Of a stretch of 64,000 nucleotides of DNA, positions 1 to 10,572 are shown in pieces. The first letter of the stretch is position 1. Each line of letters begins with the position of its first letter. The stretch is from sequence record SRR31156797_381. One strand, 5' to 3'. Under the pieces are notes generated by a model. That model did not search any database. It saw only the letters and a program-made list of their open reading frames with translations, and was not told the DNA's origin. Both the position numbers and the translations under genes were made by a program.

Positions 1-41
1 TAAGCAAACTTAAAGACGCCTTCCCAAAGGAAAGACGTCGT

Positions 42-128
42 TGGTGCGAATGGTGGGACTTGAACCCACACGTCCGTAAAGACACACGGTTCTGAGCCGT
101 GCCTGTCTACCAATTCCAGCACACTCGC
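42..128 (-). tRNA. tRNA-Leu (anticodon CAG)
   Basis: Reverse complement GCGAGTGTGCTGGAATTGGTAGAC...CACGG-CTCAGAA-CCGTG...GGTTCAAGTCC...TTCGCACCA; long variable arm, encoded CCA. TTGCAA/TATAAT promoter-like hexamers at 156-183 on the minus strand. Confidence 0.97.
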
Positions 129-425
129 AAAAACATATTTAAAAACGTAAGTAGTATTATACTCTTTTTTTTATTTTTTGCAAGTGAAAATCAATGATGT
201 TTCAATGATATTTTCAAAATATCTAATATCAATCTTCAATAAGATTACTATCAGCATTATCCCCTTTATTAATCACAATTATAATGCTATAAGAATAACA
301 ACTCAGATTTAATAAAGAATAATAGTACAAATATAATAAAAGTAAATAATAATTATTGAAAGTTCAAATTGCTTGTTAATAAACAATGTAAATGATAAAA
401 TAATACTTATATTACTAGTATATTA

Positions 426-1106
426 ATGGAGAACAACATGAGTTCATTTGGAATATTTGATATTATCGGTCCTGTTATGATAGGACCATCCAGCTCTCAT
501 ACTGCAGGAGCTAATAAAATCGGGAATATTGCCAGAGCAATAGCAGGTGAGGAAATAGGACGAGTATTTTTCTATCTTCACGGTTCATTCTATAAAACCA
601 GAAAGGGTCACGGTACAGATAGAGCATTGCTAGCTGGTGTTATGGGGATTCCTTCTTCTGATGAACGTATACGGGATGCATTCCAGATTGCTGATGAAAG
701 AAATCTAATCTACTCATTCCATCACGAAGATTTAGGTGACGTTCATCCAAACTCTGTTAAAATACTGATAGAATCAACCAGCGGTAAGCAAACCCACATA
801 ATCGGCTCATCTATAGGCGGCGGTAAGGTTATGATTACTCGTATAAATTCAACTGAAGTGGAATTCGATGGCGAATACACCACTCTTATTACAAAGCATT
901 ATGATAAGCCGGGAGTAATCGCAAAAGTCACAAAGATTTTAGCAGACTTTGAGGTTAATATTGCATTTATGAAAGTATTTCGCCACAGCAAAGGTGATAT
1001 TGCTCGACTTATTATTCAATTAGATGACGATATTAAAGATAATATTGCCGAGAAAATTACAGCTTTGGATGAAATAAAAGAAACGAAAATAATTAAATCG
1101 ATATAG
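426..1106 (+). CDS. sdaAB: L-serine dehydratase (Fe-S dependent), beta subunit
   Basis: FDIIGPVMIGPSSSHTAGA, GHGTDRAL, HPN and SIGGG motifs; C-terminal ACT domain. Confidence 0.95.
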   Translation: MENNMSSFGIFDIIGPVMIGPSSSHTAGANKIGNIARAIAGEEIGRVFFYLHGSFYKTRKGHGTDRALLAGVMGIPSSDERIRDAFQIADERNLIYSFHHEDLGDVHPNSVKILIESTSGKQTHIIGSSIGGGKVMITRINSTEVEFDGEYTTLITKHYDKPGVIAKVTKILADFEVNIAFMKVFRHSKGDIARLIIQLDDDIKDNIAEKITALDEIKETKIIKSI

Positions 1107-1119
1107 AAAAGGCACACAT

Positions 1120-2001
1120 ATGATAATAAATACTGGAAAAGATATAATCCGCCTATGCGATGATAAGAATATAACTATTGCTCAGTTAGCAGCAGAACAT
1201 GAAGCTATCAAAAGTGAAACTACCGCCAACGAGGTAATTCAAAAGATGGCTGGCATCTATGAACACATGATTGCTCCTATTGAGAAGTACTTTGCCAATC
1301 CTGAAGGAAGCAGTCAATACCATGGTAAAATTGTCAAGGATTATAGCAAAAAGCTAAATAAATATGTAAGAGAAAACAAATCTCTGCTTGGAGAAACTGC
1401 ATCTAAGGCTGTAGCGAATGCCATGGCTGTGATGGAAATAAACATAAGCATGGGAAAGATTGTTGCATCTCCTACTGCAGGTTCATGCGGTGTGCTGCCT
1501 GCAGCTATTGTGTCCTGCATTGAGACACATAATCTCAATAATGATAAAGCTATTGATGGACTACTAACAGCTGGATTGGTAGGTATGGTAATAGGCAAAA
1601 ACGCAACTCTGTCCGGTGCACAAGGGGGCTGTCAGGCAGAAATCGGTGCAGCATCTGCTATGGCTGCGGCTGCAGTTGTATCGATGCTTGATGGTACTCC
1701 AGAGATGAGCTTAGATGCCGCTGGATTTACCCTGAAAAATATGATGGGCTTGGTTTGCGATCCTGTAGCAGGGCTTGTTGAGCTGCCCTGTGTCAAGAGA
1801 AACGGATTAGGCGTACTAAATGCCCTAATGTGCGCTGATATGGCTCTTAGCGGTATTGAGAGCGTTATACCATTTGATGAAGTGGTTGTTGCTATGGGTA
1901 AAGTAGGATGTGCAATTCCCCAATCATTACGTGAGACAGCAGAAGGCGGAACAGCTGCAACACCTACAGCAAAGTGCATTGCAAAAGAAATCTTTGAATA
2001 G
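1120..2001 (+). CDS. sdaAA: L-serine dehydratase (Fe-S dependent), alpha subunit
   Basis: PTAGSCG, GGCQAE, CDPVAGLVELPCVKRN and LRETAEGG motifs. Confidence 0.95.
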   Translation: MIINTGKDIIRLCDDKNITIAQLAAEHEAIKSETTANEVIQKMAGIYEHMIAPIEKYFANPEGSSQYHGKIVKDYSKKLNKYVRENKSLLGETASKAVANAMAVMEINISMGKIVASPTAGSCGVLPAAIVSCIETHNLNNDKAIDGLLTAGLVGMVIGKNATLSGAQGGCQAEIGAASAMAAAAVVSMLDGTPEMSLDAAGFTLKNMMGLVCDPVAGLVELPCVKRNGLGVLNALMCADMALSGIESVIPFDEVVVAMGKVGCAIPQSLRETAEGGTAATPTAKCIAKEIFE

Positions 2002-2027
2002 AATAATTAGGATATTCAAACAACAAC

Positions 2028-2058
2028 AAAAAACCACAGCATTACTTCGCTGTGGCTT
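2028..2058. terminator. Intrinsic terminator between convergent sdaAA and rpmF
   Basis: AAAAAA-CCACAGC-8 nt loop-GCTGTGG; U-tail on the minus strand. Confidence 0.7.
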
Positions 2059-2103
2059 AATTTGCTTTTTCATTAGCTAATGCTAAAAGTCGATGCATAA
2101 ATA

Positions 2104-2286
2104 TTATGCCTCTTCCACTTGTACTGCGGCACGTCCATTGTAGTAACCACATTTCTTACATACTCTGTGTGGAAGTTTCTTTGAGTGACACTGTGGACAT
2201 TCAGCGATAGCAGGTGAAGATAGTTTCCAGTGTGAACGTCTCATGCCTTTTTTTGCTTTGGATTTTTTACTCTTTTGTACAGCCAT
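2104..2286 (-). CDS. rpmF: 50S ribosomal protein L32
   Basis: MAVQK...RRSHW, CPQC...PHRVCKKCGYY zinc ribbon. Confidence 0.97.
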   Translation of the reverse strand: MAVQKSKKSKAKKGMRRSHWKLSSPAIAECPQCHSKKLPHRVCKKCGYYNGRAAVQVEEA

Positions 2287-2288
2287 TA

Positions 2289-2843
2289 TTACACCTCCTT
2301 GTTATCATCGGATATTAAATCCTTTAATGCAGCAAATGGATTGTCTGCATTTAGTTTTTCTTTTTCAGCATTTTCTTCGCTGCTTTCCTCAACACGAGAA
2401 TTACAGCTGCAATCTTCTTTGTTTAGATTTGCACCACACACTGTACATAGTCCTTTGCAGTCATCTTTGCACAAGTGCTTTAGCGGCAGATTCAAACAAA
2501 TTAAATCAAATACCATTTTTGAAATATCTATATTATTACCGACATATGTATACCTGTCAGGATAATCCTCATCCGAAGCTACTGCAAATTCTTCATTATA
2601 TTCACAGTTAACCTCGCCTATCACCTCATCGCCGCACAACCCACAAATGGTAGTGTAACGAGCCGCAAAACTCCCTCTTAAGGAAAAATTATTGCCAGTG
2701 TATATCATAGTTCCGCTTATATACACAGGATTTCGAATGATAACCTCATCGCCGTAAACATCAATATTCGGAACATCTCCACTTACTTCAAATGCAAATG
2801 ACTGTCCCGGATGCTGCAGGCTCTGTAAAATATCAATAATCAT
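2289..2843 (-). CDS. DUF177/YceD family protein
   Basis: CxxC plus LCxxDCKGLCxxCGxNLN and NPFAAL; canonical position upstream of rpmF; start moved to ATG 2843 after AGGAGA. Confidence 0.9.
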   Translation of the reverse strand: MIIDILQSLQHPGQSFAFEVSGDVPNIDVYGDEVIIRNPVYISGTMIYTGNNFSLRGSFAARYTTICGLCGDEVIGEVNCEYNEEFAVASDEDYPDRYTYVGNNIDISKMVFDLICLNLPLKHLCKDDCKGLCTVCGANLNKEDCSCNSRVEESSEENAEKEKLNADNPFAALKDLISDDNKEV

Positions 2844-2913
2844 TTTATCTCCTAATCTATACAAACAGCAGAATATATTATACTCTTTTAATGGATTTAT
2901 GTCAACGAAAATA

Positions 2914-4266
2914 TTAGTTTTTCAGGCTCTGCAGCGGAGCTGGTATTCTGCCGCCTCTATTAATAAATTCTAAGCTGTCACCTTCATTTAGCGGCATTAT
3001 AGGAGCCGTACCCAATAGTCCGCCAAAATGTGCAGTATCACCTATGCCTTTTCCCGGTACAGGGATTATCCTGACTGCTGTAGTCTTTGAGTTCACCATT
3101 CCTATTGCCATTTCATCAGCTATTAGTGCAGACAAAGTAGATGCTGTAGTATCTCCCGGTACTGCAACCATATCCAGACCAACTGAGCACACTGCTGTCA
3201 TAGCCTCCAGCTTCGCAATAGTAAGGGTTCCGCTCTGCGCAGCAGCTATCATTCCCTCATCTTCACTAACAGGAATAAATGCACCTGATAGACCGCCTAC
3301 GGAGGAAGATGCCATTACTCCACCTTTTTTGACAGCGTCATTCAATAATGCTAGAGCTGCAGTTGTACCGCATACACCGCACTCAGAAAGTCCCATTTCC
3401 TCCAATATTCTTGCAACACTGTCTCCGATTGCAGGTGTCGGTGCAAGTGATAAATCCAGTATACCAAATGGTACACCTAGTCTTTTACTTGCTTCATTGG
3501 CAACTAATTGCCCAGCTCTGGTTATCTTGAATGCTGTAGACTTGATAGTCTCTGCTACAGCCTCAAAGCTCTCACCGTGAACCTTCTCCAATGCTGATTT
3601 CACTACACCAGGTCCAGAGATACCCACATTTATTACCTTCTCGCCTTCACCACATCCGTGGAAAGCTCCAGCCATAAACGGATTATCCTCCACAGCATTA
3701 CAGAACACTACAAGTTTCGCACATGCAATTCCATCAGCATCAGATGTACGCTCTGCACAATCTTTGATTATACGTCCCATCGCACCAACTGCGTCCATAT
3801 TGATACCTGCACGGGTAGAGCCTACATTTACAAAAGAACACATTCTATCTGTTGAACTTAATGCCTTTGGTATTGATGCAATCAGCAATTCGTCCTGCTT
3901 TGTATATCCCTTTTGCACCAATGCACCATAGCCTCCTATGAAATTTACACCTACAGCTTTTGCAGCATCATCCAGTGCTTTAGCATATTTAATCATATCA
4001 TCTATGGTATCTGCATTTGAAATCAGGGAAATAGGTGTAACTGAAATTCTCTTATTTACGATAGGAATGCCGTATTCTATCTCAATATCTTCCCCTACTT
4101 TAACTAAATCTTTAGCAGATGATGTTATCTTATTGTAAATATTCTTACATGCGATATCAACGTTACTGTCAGCACAGTCAAAAAGAGATATACCCATTGT
4201 AATTGTACGAATATCCATATTTAGTTCATCAATCATCTTGATTGTATCTAATATTCTCTGCATCAT
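2914..4266 (-). CDS. DUF711/UPF0210 (PFL-like fold) family protein
   Basis: [45 protein letters not shown]. Confidence 0.92.
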   Translation of the reverse strand: MMQRILDTIKMIDELNMDIRTITMGISLFDCADSNVDIACKNIYNKITSSAKDLVKVGEDIEIEYGIPIVNKRISVTPISLISNADTIDDMIKYAKALDDAAKAVGVNFIGGYGALVQKGYTKQDELLIASIPKALSSTDRMCSFVNVGSTRAGINMDAVGAMGRIIKDCAERTSDADGIACAKLVVFCNAVEDNPFMAGAFHGCGEGEKVINVGISGPGVVKSALEKVHGESFEAVAETIKSTAFKITRAGQLVANEASKRLGVPFGILDLSLAPTPAIGDSVARILEEMGLSECGVCGTTAALALLNDAVKKGGVMASSSVGGLSGAFIPVSEDEGMIAAAQSGTLTIAKLEAMTAVCSVGLDMVAVPGDTTASTLSALIADEMAIGMVNSKTTAVRIIPVPGKGIGDTAHFGGLLGTAPIMPLNEGDSLEFINRGGRIPAPLQSLKN

Positions 4267-4275
4267 AATATATCC

Positions 4276-4545
4276 TTAAACGTTGTACATACTGTCAAAC
4301 AAATCCTGACGCTGTATTCGAATAGACAGCTTGCTGTCCTCACCGTATACATTTAGTTCGTCCTGAATGTTCTTGAAATCCTTTTTTGCAGAGCTTAAAT
4401 CCACCATCATAATCATAGTGAAATAATCATCCATAATTGTCTGACTGATATCCAGTATATTAATATCCAGTTTTGCAAGGATATTTGCAACACCTGCAAT
4501 AATTCCAATTCTGTCACAACCTATAACAGTAACTACAGCTTTCAT
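4276..4545 (-). CDS. ACT domain protein (UPF0237)
   Basis: KAVVTVIGCDRIGIIA...NILDISQT; usual partner of DUF711. Confidence 0.9.
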   Translation of the reverse strand: MKAVVTVIGCDRIGIIAGVANILAKLDINILDISQTIMDDYFTMIMMVDLSSAKKDFKNIQDELNVYGEDSKLSIRIQRQDLFDSMYNV

Positions 4546-4607
4546 ATTATCCTCTTTCAATTTGTCTTTTTGCCATGATACATTAATTTACTAGAGAATT
4601 CAATAAT

Positions 4608-5822
4608 TTATTGTTCATGCAATACAATATCTTCTTTTTTAACCTTTGCTTTATGCTTTTCTTTGTTCTTCTTACTGTGAACATATTTTTGAATAATTAA
4701 GCGGATAATTGCTGCTACTGGGACGCATAGGATAACTCCAACCAATCCAAATAAATGTCCGCTGATAACAACTACAGATATTACCCAGAACGGATTCAGC
4801 CCCATCTTATCTCCGATTAAATATGGGTCAATTATATATGCATCCACCTGCTGGATAGCAATTATTGCAACAAGCACCCATATTGCAGTAGTCAATCCAT
4901 CAAAGAGCCCAAAAATCACTGCTGGAATGGCACCAATTACAGGTCCTATAAAAGGAATAACATTGCATATTGCCACAAAGAATGCTAATAGTGTAGATAA
5001 ATCAAGCCCAATAATTATAAAAGCAATCTGAGTTATAATAAATACTACTAACATTTGTACCAGCTTTGCAGAGATATATTTACCAAATACCCAGTCTACA
5101 TTCCTTAGAAATCCCATAACTGAATTGGTTTTTCGCCTACCGAATTTAAGTTCACTAAATTCAATCATATTGCGCTTTATTTCTTTGCCGTAAATTAATG
5201 AATATATTGATATTGCCAGAATTAAGGTGAAGTTAAATATACCTGTTACAATACTTAGTGCACTGCTTGCCAGAGATTCTGCTACCGTTATTACAATATC
5301 ATTAACATTTTCCGTCAGTACAGTCTCCGTATTCACAGTTAAATTATCAATATATTCGTTATCAAAATATTTACTTGTCTTAATAGTTTCATTGTACCAG
5401 TCGGTAATTTTCTGTCCATAATCTGTAAGGTTGTCCGCCAGTTCAACAATATTATCAAATAAATTCGGAACAATAAATAAAATCGCAACAACTATAACTG
5501 CCGCAAGCAATAAATACACCAAAATAATTGATGCACTAAACATCCTTTTTCGTGATTTAGCAGATGCAGCTTTTTTGAAGATTTTCTTTTCCAGCTTATA
5601 TATACTTTCTGCAATGGGAGATAAAATATATCCTAATATCAATCCTATTACAACAAGCCTTATGGACCTCCACAAGAAGTTCAAAGATGACATTATAGTT
5701 GCAAAGAGATTATCAGTAGAATTCACTATTTTCCATAATATTATCAATAACCCAAACGTAGCAAGAACGTACAGGGATATCTTAAAATATTTGCTTTCGG
5801 TGTTTATTTTTCGTTTGCTCAT
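4608..5822 (-). CDS. AI-2E (PerM) family transporter
   Basis: Multiple TM segments; NVIPFIGP, QQVDAYIIDPYLIG, GVILCVP motifs. Confidence 0.88.
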   Translation of the reverse strand: MSKRKINTESKYFKISLYVLATFGLLIILWKIVNSTDNLFATIMSSLNFLWRSIRLVVIGLILGYILSPIAESIYKLEKKIFKKAASAKSRKRMFSASIILVYLLLAAVIVVAILFIVPNLFDNIVELADNLTDYGQKITDWYNETIKTSKYFDNEYIDNLTVNTETVLTENVNDIVITVAESLASSALSIVTGIFNFTLILAISIYSLIYGKEIKRNMIEFSELKFGRRKTNSVMGFLRNVDWVFGKYISAKLVQMLVVFIITQIAFIIIGLDLSTLLAFFVAICNVIPFIGPVIGAIPAVIFGLFDGLTTAIWVLVAIIAIQQVDAYIIDPYLIGDKMGLNPFWVISVVVISGHLFGLVGVILCVPVAAIIRLIIQKYVHSKKNKEKHKAKVKKEDIVLHEQ

Positions 5823-5971
5823 TTTCACTCCATGTTTTCTTACCATTTTATTCTATATGTTATTACGTTAAAATACAATACCATTACATTTGCTTGCAGC
5901 TAACATTTTAATGTTAGTTATGTGCACACCAGCTAATTATTATTTTGCCAAAAAATCAATGATTTACACAC

Positions 5972-6008
5972 AAAAAAGGCTGATAATGCTACACATTATC
6001 AGCCTTTT
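5972..6008 (-). terminator. Intrinsic terminator after SipL-like gene
   Basis: AAAAGGCTGATAATG-loop-CATTATCAGCCTTTT inverted repeat. Confidence 0.8.
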
Positions 6009-6025
6009 AATATGCTTTATCAGAT

Positions 6026-7540
6026 TTATGCTTTTTTATAAATTATTACAGGTGCTCCTTTGAGTGCATCTGCTGAAAGATTAGGATTCAGATCCATAAT
6101 GTCCTCAACACTGACTCGACATCTTTTTGCCAATGACCAGAGAGTATCATCTGCTGAAGCAATAGCCAGCATTAGTGTGTATTTGTCATACTGCTCTATC
6201 TCCTCTTCCTCTATCTCTTCTACTACCCGAATCTTCTGACGGCTCATAGCCTTTATGTTTACATCAATCTCAGCATTAGCTATCCATTCATTATCATTAT
6301 TCTGATATATGCTGCTGCGTTTTAGTGTAGCATCACAGGAAATTACTGCATCATCTAATACATGTTCGGTAATTATGTCCAAATTATACAGTGAATCAGT
6401 GCTCTGATATCTGCCGTCCTTGCTCCATACACGTAGTTTTAATAGCCCTGATATAGATAGTTTCTTTCCTTCTGCTACCAAAGCCTCTGCAGTAACATGA
6501 CCTATGCTAAAAAGATTATCACTCTCAAATGTATTATCTAAGGGTAATTTTACTGTTATCTGGCAATTATTCTTCTTGATATATTTAGTTTCTTCAGGCA
6601 GTTCAATATCAACATAGTTCAAAGTCAGTTCACTGTCTGTGCTGTATGCATCCAATACTACGCTGGCTGTATTTGGTACTTCCTGAGACACTATAGAATG
6701 GATTGGAGCCTCAATGGACAATATCTTGCGCTTACCATCCTCATCTTCATATATCTTAATATCCATGTATTTAACATCAATATCTGTACAAACAGTTTTA
6801 TTCTCAATTATATCTGGATTTTCCAATACAATTTCACAAGGTAATTTCGCATAAGTTTTGTCTGTTCCCAGATCATGAGCATAAATAATCTCAACAAGTG
6901 CAAATCCAGATATATTTACGCAGCCCTTTGTTACAACTACATTATCAATTATGTAATTAACTGAGTTATCCAAGAGTGTATTTACCTCAGGCTTACCATC
7001 CTCAATACGGATATCCTGACGAATTGTATTATCTGAATGTGTAGTAATCAGAGAGCTGATCCAGCAGATTTCTGATGTTTTTGTTTCGAATTCATCTGCA
7101 CGACTTGAATTTGCCTGAGCTATCATAATGCCTTGATTAGCATATGCCCAGCCTGTAATCTCTACAACACACTGAGCTGAAATCGAGGATGATGTGGTCA
7201 CCCTGCACTCTTCACTGTTGCAGACAGCTTGGGCATCAACCCACATATTCTCATCAATTGCAGGGTAGCTCATACTGTGCTCAAAGGCTGTTTTCGCTTC
7301 CAAAGAATGCTTAACATCATCTCTGTCTTTGTACACCACTACAAAGTTTACAGAGGCATTTATCTGCACTCTTCCATCTAAACAGGTAGTATCTACATCT
7401 GTGATTTTTGCATGTGAATATATAATTTCTTCGACTAATGGCATAGAGCTGGGTATATCAATAATACCCTGTGCAATAGCCGCTGACATTATTTCAACAG
7501 TGGGAGCATCAAAATTAAGTGAGTAATTTGAATAGTTCAT
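6026..7540 (-). CDS. SPOCS/DUF3794 repeats + C-terminal LysM; SipL-like spore coat morphogenetic protein
   Basis: Repeated beta-rich segments, C-terminal DTLWSLAKRCRVSVEDIMDLN LysM; SigE-type promoter upstream. Confidence 0.75.
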   Translation of the reverse strand: MNYSNYSLNFDAPTVEIMSAAIAQGIIDIPSSMPLVEEIIYSHAKITDVDTTCLDGRVQINASVNFVVVYKDRDDVKHSLEAKTAFEHSMSYPAIDENMWVDAQAVCNSEECRVTTSSSISAQCVVEITGWAYANQGIMIAQANSSRADEFETKTSEICWISSLITTHSDNTIRQDIRIEDGKPEVNTLLDNSVNYIIDNVVVTKGCVNISGFALVEIIYAHDLGTDKTYAKLPCEIVLENPDIIENKTVCTDIDVKYMDIKIYEDEDGKRKILSIEAPIHSIVSQEVPNTASVVLDAYSTDSELTLNYVDIELPEETKYIKKNNCQITVKLPLDNTFESDNLFSIGHVTAEALVAEGKKLSISGLLKLRVWSKDGRYQSTDSLYNLDIITEHVLDDAVISCDATLKRSSIYQNNDNEWIANAEIDVNIKAMSRQKIRVVEEIEEEEIEQYDKYTLMLAIASADDTLWSLAKRCRVSVEDIMDLNPNLSADALKGAPVIIYKKA

Positions 7541-7568
7541 ACTGTCCGTCCTTTCATCTTGTTAAGAA

Positions 7569-7597
7569 ATAATATGATAATAAACGAACAAATATGA
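7569..7597 (-). promoter_or_regulatory. SigE-type sporulation promoter
   Basis: Minus strand TCATATT-14 bp-CATATTAT upstream of an AAAGGA RBS. Confidence 0.7.
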
Positions 7598-7631
7598 ATA
7601 CTATATAATACGTAATTTAGTTATATTTATC

Positions 7632-9059
7632 TTATTTTACGTTAACAACTTTCATTAGGTTTGTATATGGTGTTGCGCCCAAAGGAACGCCTGCTGTAAT
7701 GACAACAACATCGTCTTTTTCCAGCAGATTATATGACTTAGCCATATCGATTGAGTGAAAGAACAGTACGTCCATAGAATCCACTTCATCTACCAGTATA
7801 GGGATAACTCCCCAGTATAAAAGCAGCTGACGCTGGACCATATAATTAGTGGTTGTTGCAATGACAGGACACTTAGGATGATAGCTGGATATCAGCTTAG
7901 CAGTTCTGCCGCCATGTGTTGGCGAAATAATCGCTGCTGCGTCTAGATAGTCTGCAGTAGAACAAGCCGCATAGCTGACCGCATTTGCTATATTTACCTC
8001 ATCTGAATGTTCAATAAGTGAACTCTTTTGCTTATAATCCAATGACTTTTCAGTAACTATTGCTGATTTCGCCATTTGCTTTAGTGCCTTTAATGGATAT
8101 TTACCTGCAGCAGTTTCACCAGATAACATGATAACATCTGCACCGTCAATAATTGCATTGGAGATGTCTGATAGCTCTGCACGAGTAGGTGTTGGGTTTG
8201 AATACATTGACTCAAGCATTTGAGTAGCAATGATTACAGGCACACCTTGAGCATTACATGCACGAATAACTTTCTTCTGCAGCAAAGGAATGCTTTCCTT
8301 TGGCATTTCTACACCTAAGTCACCCCTTGCGACCATTATTGCATCTGTTACCTCTATGATTTCATGTATGTTATCTAGACCATGCTGATTCTCAATCTTT
8401 GAAATAATAGAAACGTTGTGTCCGCCGTTTTCATCCAGGAACTTTCTTATCATTTGTACATCTTCCACATTTCTGACAAATGAAGCAGCTACAAAGTCAA
8501 TCCCCTGAATAATACCCTCTGCAATATCTTCCTTGTCCTTGCTGCTTATTATAGGAAGCTGAAGTGAAACCCCCGGTATATTTATACCTTTATTATTCTT
8601 AATAATACCGCCGACTACCACTTTACATACAACATCGGTTTTATCAATTTTTATTACCTTCAGTTCCAAAGCACCATCATCCAAGAGGATAGTAGAGCCT
8701 TCGTCAATATCCTTATACAAATTTTCATATGTAATAGCAATAACCTCGCTGTCACCAGCAAATTCACCATATCTAAGAATTACATTGTTATCTCTGGTTA
8801 ATTCAGCAGAATCACCCTTAAATACACCTGTTCTGACTTCAGGTCCTCTGGAATCAAGCATAATAGCAACTGGTATTCCAACTTTATTTCTAGCCTTTTT
8901 TATTCTGTCAATAGTTGTTACAAATTCATCTTTGTTAGTATGAGATAGGTTAAGACGACAGATGTTCATACCTGCAACAATCATATCGGCTAGCATCTCT
9001 TCTGTATTACATGCAGGACCTATAGTACATATAATCTTTGTCTTTTTATTCTTTTTCAT
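7632..9059 (-). CDS. pyk: Pyruvate kinase
   Basis: TKIICTIGPA, IMVARGDLGVE, ATQMLESM, MLSGETA. Confidence 0.97.
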   Translation of the reverse strand: MKKNKKTKIICTIGPACNTEEMLADMIVAGMNICRLNLSHTNKDEFVTTIDRIKKARNKVGIPVAIMLDSRGPEVRTGVFKGDSAELTRDNNVILRYGEFAGDSEVIAITYENLYKDIDEGSTILLDDGALELKVIKIDKTDVVCKVVVGGIIKNNKGINIPGVSLQLPIISSKDKEDIAEGIIQGIDFVAASFVRNVEDVQMIRKFLDENGGHNVSIISKIENQHGLDNIHEIIEVTDAIMVARGDLGVEMPKESIPLLQKKVIRACNAQGVPVIIATQMLESMYSNPTPTRAELSDISNAIIDGADVIMLSGETAAGKYPLKALKQMAKSAIVTEKSLDYKQKSSLIEHSDEVNIANAVSYAACSTADYLDAAAIISPTHGGRTAKLISSYHPKCPVIATTTNYMVQRQLLLYWGVIPILVDEVDSMDVLFFHSIDMAKSYNLLEKDDVVVITAGVPLGATPYTNLMKVVNVK

Positions 9060-9192
9060 TATTCCCTCCAAAAATATTCTATGGATAGTATATTATTTAA
9101 ATTTTACTTGAATATCTATCTATATAAAGTATATATTATTTATAATACCTCAGTATTTTATTAATTAAATATAAATGTAAAATTCTATGCTT

Positions 9193-10572
9193 TTATTCAA
9201 GTATTGCATCATATATCATTTGGATTACCCTGTAGTACTTACCTAATTCAAAATCCTTATCCGCAGCAAAAGCCTCGTCTATAATAGGACAATGCCGCTT
9301 ATTAGTCAAGAGTATTATGGATAAGTCCTTCTCATAATCTACTATGGAAGCACATCCTGTCCACCCGTTATGATAGAAAACTCTGCCGTCAACATAATCT
9401 GTAAGTTTTCTGTAAGCATTTGCATTCCAAAATCCTAATTGGTAGTGTTCGTCATTGTAAATATTCATAAATTTATCTACAGTACTTTCGCTTAATATTC
9501 TTACTCCATCGATTTCACCACCGCTTAGCAGCATAGTATTAAGTATTGTCAGTCCATTTGCATCTGAAAACAATCCTGCATGACCAGACACCCCTTCAAA
9601 TGAGTAATATGCGTTCTCATCATGAACTTCTCCACGGATTGTATATTCACGAATACCGTCAAAGAATCTTGTCATATCTCTTGTATTACCACACCGCTCG
9701 CTGGCAGCAGTTTCAGATATTGATATACCATTTTCCAATGGTTTATAAGTAGTCCTTGCAAGCCCTAAGGGTTTATAGATATTTTCATATGCGTAGCTGT
9801 CAATCGACATTCCTGTAACAGCTTCTACTATACTGCCCAAAAGCATATAATTTGTGTCAGAATATTTATAAATTGTATTTGGCACATCATCTAAAGGAAT
9901 ACTCTCTATAACCTGTTTAGCCGTAGTTTTATCCATAGCATAGTACTCATCCTTTTCCAGAGAATATAATGCATATGTATTTGTATGCCCTGATAAATGC
10001 GATAAAAGCATAGAGATTGTTACATGTTCTTTATTATCTCCTACATAACCTGGAAGATATTGAACCACTTTGTCATCTATACTAATTTTGCCCTCATCAA
10101 AGAGCTTCATTATACAAAGTGTTGTTGCATATACTTTGGTAAGACTGGCTAAATCAAATACTGTGTCTTCATCCATTTTTTCAGGATTATCAAGCAGCTT
10201 TAGTCCATCATACTTAACCTTGTAACCATATGATTTATGAAAAACAATATTTCCATCTCTGGCAATCATCAATACAGCACCAGGGAATCCATCTGCAATT
10301 TCGCTGGCAATGAAACTATCCAGTTCATTTATCTTATCAGTATCTAATCCATGCTCGCTCAAATCCCCTTCAGGCAGTTCTACTGCTTTAATTGGTGTAC
10401 TGGTTGGCTCTGGTGTATTTGTGCTTACAGCTTTTATTATGCTAGGTGTAGGCTGAGGTAACTCTTGATTTGAATTGTTATAAACAGCAAAAACGATTAC
10501 AAATATAAAAATTAGGATGACAGTCGATATTATTGCTGTAAGAATACCACCAACAGAAACTTTATTCGTCAT
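9193..10572 (-). CDS. Membrane-anchored beta-lactamase-fold serine hydrolase (YfeW/PBP4b-AmiE-like)
   Basis: N-terminal TM and Pro/Thr linker; FDLASLTK (SxxK), YSD, GEVHDENA, GHAGLFS. Confidence 0.8.
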   Translation of the reverse strand: MTNKVSVGGILTAIISTVILIFIFVIVFAVYNNSNQELPQPTPSIIKAVSTNTPEPTSTPIKAVELPEGDLSEHGLDTDKINELDSFIASEIADGFPGAVLMIARDGNIVFHKSYGYKVKYDGLKLLDNPEKMDEDTVFDLASLTKVYATTLCIMKLFDEGKISIDDKVVQYLPGYVGDNKEHVTISMLLSHLSGHTNTYALYSLEKDEYYAMDKTTAKQVIESIPLDDVPNTIYKYSDTNYMLLGSIVEAVTGMSIDSYAYENIYKPLGLARTTYKPLENGISISETAASERCGNTRDMTRFFDGIREYTIRGEVHDENAYYSFEGVSGHAGLFSDANGLTILNTMLLSGGEIDGVRILSESTVDKFMNIYNDEHYQLGFWNANAYRKLTDYVDGRVFYHNGWTGCASIVDYEKDLSIILLTNKRHCPIIDEAFAADKDFELGKYYRVIQMIYDAILE

